A program made the translations under genes and the position numbers. From assembly GCA_002633005.1 (NCBI GenBank), contig NMRA01000494.1:62001-126000 (forward strand): a stretch of 64,000 nucleotides of DNA, given 5' to 3'. A model generated the notes under the pieces. That model did no database searches and was not told the origin of the DNA. It saw nothing but the letters and a program-made list of their open reading frames with translations. The DNA is from Phoronis australis (taxonomy: Eukaryota; Animalia; Phoronida). Of the stretch, positions 14,742 through 26,700 are shown in pieces (the first letter of the stretch is position 1; the number at the start of each line of letters is the position of its first letter).

Positions 14742-17700
14742 ATGGATAAGAAAACTATAACGTGGATCGGAAATGTCGAGCAAAACGATGCAAGCAATGC
14801 GCAAAAGATGGAACATGAAGTCCAATCTCCCACGGCGTTTCAAAAGTTAAAGGATTGGTCACTGGACACTTGCACGAATGGCGTGCCAAATATCGCGCGT
14901 GCAGACAACAAATTCTCGCGGATATTCTGGATTCTCATCTCTCTGGCGGGCACTGGTAAGTAGCTGAGAGACGAGTATGTTTGTGTATTAAAATCTAAAC
15001 AATCCAGCGACTCGGGGACTGATATTTTTAGAAAATACATGTAGGCAAAGAATAATTGTCCCATTTCGTCTTGTCTTTTATTGGAATACTTTTCATACTG
15101 TGATTTTTTTATAATTTGAAAGCTGGGTTGAAGTTCATGTGGCATTTTTGTGACAAAGAAACCTGGATTTAAAATATTGCCTGCGTGCATTCGGAAATTG
15201 AGTCTCGACATATTCAAACTCATCGCTTTACTCACAAGTATGGCACTAAACGCTTACGTTAGGGGACAGGTATTTACAGCAGTTAGTGAATTAAAATGCA
15301 CAAATAGACAATAGATAACGGGTAACTTTGCTTGCACATCACAGTTATTTATTATTAATATTTCTATCAATAGATTTTCCGTGTCGCCTAGGAATATTGT
15401 TATAACAAACGACTGGGGTGCGATCATCATTAATAGATGCGAGCGGAAAAAAATTCAAAACATGCCCTGGTAATCCACATGTAAAATCTGACCATGTTTT
15501 TGTGATATATGGGTCTCCGCATTCCATCCACTAAACAAACGTACCAAATCAAATTGATGGGGTCAGAACTATTTTACAGCAAAGAACGCAGATAATGTAC
15601 ACGGTACGGTTAAAAGTGCTCGTGTTGTCCCCTGTGGTGATGGTAAAAACGAGAAAAGTATAAGGAGACATTTTCTTAAGTGAGCATAACGTACACAGTG
15701 TTGGGTAGTGTTTGGGTTGCCAACATCAATTCTATCTCCAAGTTTTATGCAACTAGTTTGAGAAAAGTAAATGGCTATATTCAAAAGAAAGCTTTAACAC
15801 TGTTTGAACGAGAAGAGAATATTTGAATCAATGTCAAACACACTATAGGCCAAATACAAAGGTATACAAACAGTGAATGATATTCCCTCTTGGACATTTT
15901 TCGGACATTCGAGACTTTGTTTTAATCTTCTTAGCTGTCAGATTAACTTCATAAATGTGGAAGTGCGCGGGTCATTTTCTGACGCACATGCAAACTTTTG
16001 TCGATGATTAATACCGGCTTGGTTCTGCCCGTGTTTGTCTTTGCATAAGCCATGCAATGAATGCATTAAAAATGAATGAGAAGTCAGGCAGTATACATGT
16101 TTCATGTTAAAAAAGGAAATGTTACACAGTATAAGCTTCTAAGATGCGTGCCATACTGGGGAATATTGCACATGCGTTATTGATCATCATCGATTACATT
16201 CAATTTTTTTATTTTTGGTGGTGCACCACCACATAAAATGTTACAGTTGACTTATTCATTACGGTTACCCACTCAACTGCTGCCAAATGGAATGAGGTTT
16301 CCGCGGAAACTCCGATCATTTTTTTAAAAAACTAAAAGAAGTTTAAAAAGATAAGGCAAACACAATGAGGGCTGAAAGTAACGAATTGTTTGTCTTGGTG
16401 ATATACTTCGACTAACTGCACTCATCATGTGTTCCAAATTGGTGAGTGTAAGGAAAATAGTATTTTTTAGTTTTCAATTTGTTGGTCAAAAATCAATATT
16501 CTCCAGAGTATATCTATTGGTTTCCCTAAATAAGCTTGCAAATGGTTGTTGGCAAATATTTCTATGTTGTCCGATAATTACACAGTAGTAAGGAGTGTCA
16601 CCCCGATCAGCTCAGCTTTCATGGCTAGTGACCTATTCTTGGCTTTTGTTTGAGACACGAAATTTGGTTGCGTAACAGGTCTTCTGAGCGAGTCCTTTAA
16701 TGACAACATTATTTGACAGGGAAATTGATTTGTCAGGTATATTGAACACTGGTTAGTTAAAGATATCTCAAACGTTATTCCCAAAAATGGCCATTTTTAC
16801 AATATTTCACATATGTCCAGGTAAATATATTATTTTCATTCTCGGGGAACTTCCGCTACGAAATATATATCGTGTAGGTGATTTAGCTGAACCACCTTGG
16901 ACCTGTACAACTGCGTGGAAATTTGTTTACTGCTTATCTGAGGTCAAAGGTTACAGAGCTAGCTGTCACTCAAATCGAATCTCCCGCCAGCCACAGAGTA
17001 GCCTCATGCATAACCTCAGTCCTGTCATTAACCGAGTCGCCATAACATTGAGTCAACAAGGTGTACATTGATAGAACGATGACGAAGAAAACAAAGGCAA
17101 ACCGTAGTTTTGATCCTTAGAGAGTTGTGTGTCTGCATGAATATGACTGTTGAGAACAAATGCTACGAGTCGCCTCACGCTTCTGTGACTGTGTTCACTA
17201 ACACAGCAAGTTGTGAAAAGAGATAAACCCTCATCCAAATTCCTTAATTTGATAGGTAATTTGACACTGTTTCTATCTCATGCTCACTATGTGCCTTAAT
17301 CACCGACTCGATTGCTGTTATCCATTTTTATCAGTCTCCCGGCGCGCGGTATGTTTAACAATGAACTGTTGACCTATTTAAATGTAGATCAACAGTTGAT
17401 CCGGCCACTTGGCTCAAGACGGTGAAAAGTTTAAACGGTAATAAAATTCATTACGCGCTGCAATTTCAGTTGACTTTGCCCGTGAATGTTGAAATAATGA
17501 ACGCGGCTAAGGAATGTATAGGTTATATTGACAAAAACAAGTTTTCACCGAAAAAATAAAGAAGTCCTTGAGATAATACAATCTCGCCACATAATCTAGT
17601 TTTTCTCATCTTCGGCCAATCGACTTAATTTGAAGTTAAATGCACGAGTTCTCGAAAACGGCTCGGTCGATTTCGCTTAAACTTTTCAAGCTTGATATTT

Positions 17701-20700
17701 ATTTATCAATATCAACACTGTTAGAATTTTTGGAATAAAGGCCTAGTTTTTTGCATAATATAACAAAGACGAATACGACTTTTATTTTTTTTACAAAAGC
17801 GCCTTACATTTTTCGAGTTGATTTGTCATAGAAATCGAAATTTCTAAACAGTGTTTTTGAGGTAACTGGTGTGTTTTTCACTTAAAAAGGTTTCAAAACT
17901 TGACTTGAAAAGGTGTTAACGTAATAATAATAATGGCAGATAAATATGAAACGTATTATTTTGTGTATTCCCTGATATTTTTTCTTTCAGAAAATATATA
18001 TTTTTACTAGTTGACAAAACCTAGTTTTTTTGATAAACGAGTTAGAGTGGAGGCCACGTAATAAGGTTTGAGACAACATTAACACATCTAAATGTTCAGT
18101 CAGGGGCATTACGCGTTTAGCTGCCTCCTGGTGTCAAGACGAAGACTATTTGCCATAAATAATTCAATCTACTTGAACGCTCTCTACATTTGATTATTGA
18201 TGAGAACTCTGTAACATTGTTGAAGCACTTCATTTCCTACAAATTAGGACTGATACACTTATTTTGTAAAGCATGATTAATTTCAAGTGTGCGCAAATCA
18301 CGATATAGTAGGGTGTGACACCGCTAAAGTAGATAACTTACGAAGTAAAATAACAAATTGAGCAACCCATTAATCATACCGCTTGTCGATGTTTTGCATA
18401 AATTATTGAAATAAGATCTACTCAAAACTGGTGAAAGGCATAGTATAAATACTCCATCGTATAAGAGACAAAGAGACCATAGATTTATTAACAGATTTAC
18501 ACAAAAGAAAGTTCAATAAAATAGAGCATTAAGGTTTTGTAGGATCCTAGAACAGTGGATCAAATTTGAGTCTAATACTGTAATAAAAACTTACAAAAAT
18601 TAGCGACGTTGCGTCCGCGTCTCACGGACTTCAGCTTGGCTTGTGACGTTATCGTTATTCTGGCCAATCGGTGGCGTTTTGACCAGACGTCGCGGCATTG
18701 AGGTCAGAACACCATCCCATACGTGTGACAAATCGAATCTTAAACCGCCTCTTTTATTTAAAGAGGGACTCTCAATCCACTCACGGAGAGCTTCTTTTAC
18801 ACCCCTTCTGAACCAGTCTACCTCAAAGTCTAGGATAGTGACATCATCAGTATCGAAATCATGTCCAGTGGCTCACAGGTGGTTAAAAATAGCCGAATCA
18901 TAAGTGTCCCTGTAACTAGAACGTTAAGTCCGCGAGATGCGGACGCAACGTCGCTAATTTTTGTAAGTTTTTTATTCCAGTATTAGACTCAAATTTAATC
19001 TGTTTTCTCAACTGGATGTCTCAAAATTGTCATGCTTTTATCCTAGAAAAATGTCCAAATTCAGCTAACTTCGCATCATGATGTCTAAGAAATCATTGTA
19101 TGGATTCATACTTGCTTCACCTCTGTTTAGAATTTACCTTTTGAACCACAATATAGCGGTACACATAACTATAATTGTTTTGTCATCACATTCTTACAAC
19201 TAAGAATTCCTTGTACATTGTGGAAATACGTCATATATGCTGCTTAAAGGAACAACCGGCTAGACTAGAATATAGAATTCGTGCTATTCACCAGTCTCTT
19301 CCAAAACTGTTTAAGGAAGTAAGACAATCGTTAAATTTTGTTTTACATTAATGTGGATCTTGCGAAAGTTTTCAACTTCGTACAACATAAACTGGCATTT
19401 ACGTGGTTTATACAATATGAGTTTCTAGTCCATATTTTGCAACTTATGGTCCCTAAATTTGAGCTACAAACTCAAGTACAAACATAGGATTTCGAGTAAA
19501 CCTCGAAATTTAGAGTTCGCAGTCGAACTTTTAGCCTCAGTGATGTGGTCTTCAAGAGCAAAACTACAATTAGAAAGTCATTTCCTTATTAAGCCACTAT
19601 GTACTTGAGCATAGAATAACACACACTCATCTTTAGTTCAAACATAAGATGAATAGAAAATGCTAAAAATAACTTCGAGTTAGATTTCGGTCTATTGGTT
19701 AGACCCCGGTCCTGATTTAGATTGGCGTGAAAAGTGCAAGCACAAAAGGCATATCATAGCTATTAATACATATAAACCTTCATTTATACAGTGTACATCA
19801 AATGTTTTCAACCAGGTATGATGAGAAATGTCCAAAGAATGTTACACTAAACATGGTTGTGTTCCGTAGACCCAACACTTGCTGTAAGAAGTCTTCGTTT
19901 ATTGAACAGAATCAGAGATATCCCACAATTCAACATTTGAATCTTACTGAGGAATCACTTTAACCCCGCTCCAGCTTGCAGTCGGCTTCGTGCCTGTATT
20001 GACTGTATTTGGAAAGTCACGTGAGACACTGTCTTGCTGTAGCATCAACAATACGAATTAACGCAGCGTAATATACGCGGACATGTAATTAAAGCAAAGA
20101 ACAGTTCTTTTGACGAAGGGACCATTCTGTGCCTTGTCGGGTGGGCCAGCCTCCCTTGCCAAATTACTCAACGTTATTCAGTATGAGCATTCAATAGCCA
20201 GAATACATCAGAGCCATTTAGGTCGCGGGTAGGTACTAATCTAGAATCGTTTCAATGGCTGCCATGTTGCTATATTTACGCTAGTAATGTATCAAGCATA
20301 CTCTCGCGAAACATTCTTCTTTCACTCGCGGGATTCTGCGTGGTCTTGAGGGATAACCTTTTCCTCGCAAGATGCTAGGTCTATGGAACCTTGTCAATAT
20401 GATTAACATATTTCCAAGTTACAACTTAACATAGAAATAAATTCGATGTCGTGATTTGTTTTTAGCCTTCACCATTGAACAGTCATACGAAGCATTTGAT
20501 AAATATCTCAAACATCCAATCAACGTGAACCTTAAGTACAAGTCCGCGCCTTACTTGGAGTTTCCGTCCATCACGGTGTGCAACCTCAATCCAATCAGGT
20601 AGGTGCATATACTTGTAACAATGGTATTTGCAAGTATTTCATTAGTTTAGTTTAAAAAATCCGAAAAGTTTTTTGTGATACATCGCTTGGTTGTTCGTTC

Positions 20701-23700
20701 ATACTCTGGATTTGGACACGTGTCATGGGCGGCGCAGCACTGACAAAACGGGGGGTTAAAGCCCCCTCAGTCCCCCTGGGGTGCACCGCCTATAGACTAT
20801 GTCCGGTGTAGCACTGAAAAAAGTAGGGGCTTTAGCCTCCCCGGCCCCGGCCCTATGCTGCGCCACCCATGCATGTGTATGTGTACCTAGCAAGGTTATA
20901 GGAAGTTCTCTGTAAAATGAACATTTCCGGATGTTTCCGAAATGTGACTTGAGTCTCTATTCGTGCGTTCCCAAAGTTCATGCACGTACGCTCATACACG
21001 GGCACTTTTGAACACTCTTGTTTTGTGTATGGCCAAAAAGTAATCGGTCATCCCGAACATTAACACGGCAGGCACGTTGTCTGGCGAGGAGAACCAGATA
21101 GCATGTGACTGAGGCATACAAGTGGACGTGATGACTTAAAGGCAAGATGATTTTTTGTGATAGTTCTAACCGTCTCTGTTTTTTATTATTTTTCTTTGAT
21201 ACCCAGCTGAAAATATCTCCGCCCCCTGTGGAAATTATTGCCGTACCCCCGTACGGAAAACACCACATGGGAGCCTGGGAGCTAATGACTCGCAGCGCAA
21301 GAGTCAACTACCACAAATGTTTATCATTCCGAGTGATTTTCTGTGGCCTTAAAGTGTCAATTAGTGTATTAACTAACATGATCTAAGGGATCAATGAACA
21401 TATCGCCGGAGTATTATTTTGGATCAGGGGTGCAGCCGAGGGGATGCAACGGAAGCCGTCGTCCCGTCCCTTTTTACTTGGCCTCTCAGTAGGATTTCAT
21501 TTTCCTTCAAAAATGGTCAATTTTTTAAAGGAAATTTGTCCTTATACATGAATTCTGGAAAAAATAACTGCTATTTACGCCTTTGGTTCAGGTTCTGCAT
21601 CCTCGACTATTTTCAGGGATGAGTTTATGGATTGTTGTAAAGAAGCGTCTCAAACCCATGGGCTTGAGGCTGCTTTGCCCGGTTAGATGAAACGGTCCCA
21701 AATGGGGACTTAACTAAGTTCTCTAAATCTTTTGCGTATTTGTTTCGTTCTATGCTCAGAGGCGTGGTATTTTTTCTATAATTTTATCTTTATTATGAGC
21801 TCTTCTTTGACTAATGACATTTTCTAATAATGTAACTGAAAACTGAGTCCTTAAGTCAATTAAAATGATCAGGGACTTACAGTATTCCTTACATAAAAAT
21901 ATCCGTACTTGTTTTCAATAATATTTAGAATTAAACGGAGAGTTTACATTCGGTTTTGTATCAAAGTCAAAGTTGACTTAGTGATGAGACTCAAACAGCA
22001 TAAGAAAGGACAATTAGTGTTTTCACAAGCCCACAAATACGCTGTAGATTTAGGGAACTTAGCTGAGTCCCTATTTGTGACTCACATGCAACCGACCACT
22101 TGAGCACTAAACGCAATATGAAGACACTGTATAGTAGCTCATTCCAAAACTTCCCACGAGGAGTCGTAAGACTCAGGCCCAAACAATACATAACAAATTG
22201 CGATATTATAACACAACGCACTGTAGTAGTTGTTTTGTTATAAAAATATCAACAAAACTAAGTAACAATTACTTGTCGCAGGTTGTCTGCCATTGCCGAT
22301 TACGCCGCGCATCACCCTGAACTTGCAGCATCACTGGGTATTGGAATCAACAGCAGCAGCGACACCAACAAAACACATGTGAGTATGTGCCGGAACGTGG
22401 CCGTCCTCACCTCATCGTCTTCTTTCACAGTGCTACTAAAGGTAACACTGTGAAATTGTTTAACATGGCTTCTCACTGGTTAAAGTAATGAAGCCGACGT
22501 CATAACATTCAATCATTCTCATAGGTTGAAATCTTGGAAACCCCTTTCAGTTTACTGTTACGTAGTATGGCGACCCCCTTTGACTTGAATAGTTGCGATT
22601 TATTAAAACGGGTAGTGATCAAAATAAACAAAATAAAGTACACCCCGATCCAGTGGCTTGCCCAAACAAGTACTGTGTATAGAAGACGTGTGCAAGATGT
22701 TGCGATGTGATGGGTAAACATCTGACCTAGCACGCACATTGATGCCCACACACGGAATTCGGTGTGTCGTTCATCATTCCACAGGGTCAGTTTTCACTAC
22801 AGGTGGCGCTGTATCAGAGGGTGCTGTAAAGCAAGCTTAAGAACTTTGTTGTCCTTAGTTTTGCTTGAACATCATTACGTCATAGAATTGACCTAGTGGA
22901 CATGTTTTCATGCCACATGATATCTTGACGAACGTTGACAGATGATGTTGGCGAGATATTTTCAAACGGGATCGCTCTCGAGGATATGAGATACATGTAC
23001 GACTACTTCGGAAACATAATTATTCAAAGAGTGCCCTCTGAAGAGCATTCAATGGAAATTAACAGTAATTTTGTTTATTCTGTCTTAAAGACCCACGTAG
23101 CACTAATTAGGCCAAGCCATAGTTATAAACTTCAAATTCAGTCAGCGGAGGTTAAACTTCCTTACAGCAATTATTGAATTTCATTTCGTTCTGTGGTGAA
23201 ATCGTGAGTAATCACCAACGTATTAAAAAACAAAAAAAAAACAAAGTGTTCCTCACCAAAACATGGACCTGATCAATAATTCTGAAAGTTGGGTCTACAT
23301 GGGGCTGTAATGACTCTCGTGAGACGAGAGAAATCCGTTGCAATTACAGAATCCTATTTAAGGTTATGGAGGATCCTAGAAACATTTTAAAATTTGGCTA
23401 AGTTCAGAACATTATATCTCATAAATTACAGATTAGAGTCAATTGACACTTTCATGCACTATGTTTTGTGCACCGTTTTTCAAAAAGGCTCAGGAATTGT
23501 CTTTGGAATTTTCAAGAAAATCTGTTTAAATCGAAATCAAAATGCTTCTTTAGACGTCGTTTTTTAGATTAGTCCTGAACATTCCTATGAGTCGAAATTT
23601 GTTCATGTTATTTGTGCTGTTCTTTTGCTATCAGTTTATATTTCTTTTGGTTGAATATTACCAAGAAAACATGGCCACGTGACCCAGGTTGGTAAGTAGT

Positions 23701-26700
23701 CTAAAATCAAGTCCACAGGCTTTCTACTTCATCATACTGAATTAAAATTTATTGTTTGTAGTTTGCTCAGGCTTGTCGATAAGGTCCTACAAGCCTATAA
23801 AATCTTTCATTAATTTGGTATTGAGCAAAGCTCAGTTTCTACCCTAGAACATGTATAATGTTATGTTGGTGCACTGAACATGTTATTCCTTTGTTTTAGA
23901 GAGGCGCCGATGCTCATGCCACAAGGATCGCCTTTCTCCGTCTAATGGCGGACATCAATGACACACATAAATTCATTCTAGGCCATCAGCGAGAGAAGTT
24001 GATTATACATTGCACATACGAAGGAGAGGAGTGCCTAGCTAGGTGAATAGTATCATATTCATTATTGCGCGTCGCCAACGATGAAATTGTTTTTTGCATT
24101 AACGATATCATTCAGATGCTTTGGATATTGATGGGGTTATAGACTATACTTCGAAATTGCAACCAAATTTTGCTTTGTAAAAGTAATTTAAAACCTTCGT
24201 CACGCATGGCATATTAATTGAATAAATCATCGATTAATATAGTTCAACTATTCGCTTTTTTAAGCTTGTCTTTGTTAGTTAATTAAATAGTTCATTGTTA
24301 CTCGTTTCAGTGACTTTCATTCATTTTGGAGCTCTCACCATGGCAACTGTTACACGTTTAACCATGGTTACGAGAACAGAAGTGATGTTCATCTGAACTC
24401 AAAATCTGGATCCAGTTATGGTAAGATTGGTAACGCCCAGGACGCCCAGACGCCGTAGAGTTACGACCTCAGTGGACTGCCTCTAGTGAATGTTAGCTGA
24501 GCTGACATCTCGCGTCAAGACGTGAAAATACGAACATAATTCACAACTTGCACACTGTGGTGGCGCTGCAAAAATGATTGTAGTACAATGTTGTTTAGAA
24601 CACCAAGCCTCGTTGTAGTACCAATTTTAACCAAGCACACGAAAGTGCACGTGTTCCAAACAAGCAAAACCATTTCTAGTTTGGATGCAACACCTTTTTT
24701 TCAAGCATATAAATGGCGAATTCATAAAAACGTGAATTGAATGAAGTACCTAGTTTATTCAACTGTTCACGAGTTATCGTCAGAAATGAAGTTTTAAGGC
24801 CAGCCCAGACGGAAAGCTTCGAGGTCACCTAACTGTGTGAAGTAAAGGATAAACAGGCTGACATCTCACGTGAATGCATGAAAGTACGACTACAACTGAA
24901 TTAACTAGTCGGAACTTCAGTGAAATTATTAAGGTGTGGATAATAGATTACAAATTTGAATCATTAAAACGGCAATATTGAATGATTGAGCGGAAAACAA
25001 TAAGACAGCACAAGTATTCATTATCCTGTTGCGTCTTTGGAGTCCCATTTTGCCCGGGCATTTCGTTTGAGATAGATAACTGTTTATTTCATCTTAAGAA
25101 ATTGAACAAAAAATGTCACCGCAGCCAATTGATAACATTACATGTATATGCAGGCAGATTGACAATTACACCAACAATAAATATATGTATAAAAGGATGA
25201 TTACTAACAGCTCCTAAAATTACAAGACACAATTCTTTTGGTATAACAACGTAATACTATCTTGTTACAAAAACACAGACAAACACACAAAAACAAAAAA
25301 CAAAAAAACACGGAAAGGGTATCAAATAATTAAAATAAAAGTAGATACTATATCTATTACAAAAATATTCAGATCTAACTTAAATTGATGCGAACCATGA
25401 AGTAAAAATGAAGCACGTTTATTATTAGGTAAGGTGTCATAGTGGTAAATGCACGTGACATCATTATTTTAATCAGTCTATTTGATTGACAGGACATTAA
25501 ACATGAATTACAACATTAATCAAGAAGCCACGTTTATAAAAATTTGACATGCGTCTTGAAAATTTCGTTCACGTGAGAAAACAATGTTTACGACAGTGCA
25601 GATGAATAATTAAGAACTAAGAAGGTTGCTTCCATCTGTGCTCAGTTCAAGGCTGGAAAATAGATTACATTTGAATGAACTAGCTTCTCGTTCTCTCAAC
25701 AGGTCTTAAACTCGAGCTAAATTTGGAGCAGCATGAATACATCGACAAGTTATCAGAGGCGGCAGGGGCACGAATTGTGATTCACAAGGCCAACACAATG
25801 CCCTTCCCTGACGACATGGGTACCTTCGCATCACCAGGATACCTGACCTCCATAGCTGCCAGATTGGTGAGTCGTGACTGGGTGCTGGTTTACGACATCG
25901 CCTAGTTTTCAATCTAGAACAAGACTTCAGACAAAGTTTTGGAGTTTATATATAAGATTACAATAACTTTACGCTTAAATTAAAATAATGAAAGAAAGCC
26001 TGTCAGCCAAATCCGCCATTGGGGTTTGTCTTGAATTCCATAGGTACGACAAAGATGAAAGTAAAGCACGAGGCCCGTCATTACATGTCTGCCATCACTT
26101 CATTTCCTTTGCCAGGAGCTGTTGAGAAAGCTAGTGTATACTAAATCGTGCGAGTTATTATTTCAGATGAGGATCGACCGTCTACCCTATCCATTTGAGG
26201 ACATGTGTAAGAACTACACGCGTGAGGAGGCTCACAGTCACTCGATATACTCTTTCATGTACGACGTTAACTACACCAAAGACGTGAGTTTCGGCAAGAG
26301 CCAATCTTGATGATATAAACTGTTTGGTAAAAAGAAATCCAAATTTAAATGCACTGTCACGCTAAGAGAGTTCAGATTTCTATTTGGTGCCACCGAAATT
26401 ATCAAAGATTGTAAATAATTAAAATCTCTCTGAATTAGGAAGGTTACGCAACACACCGTTCATAGCCGTGCTTCCTGAAGTCCTGAAAACTAATAAATTT
26501 ACAAAATGAAGTGCCCTTTTTGAGCTGGTTGGTATATTTTGAAACGTTGAAACAGGAAAGAGCGAATTTCGCACATCTTTTATCATTTTTGGCATTAAAA
26601 TGTTTTTTGAAATTTCGCGTCTAGCTGACGCTCGATATTTGAAAATAATCATCATACTTAATAATAATAATAACAATAACAATAATAAAAATAAAAATAA

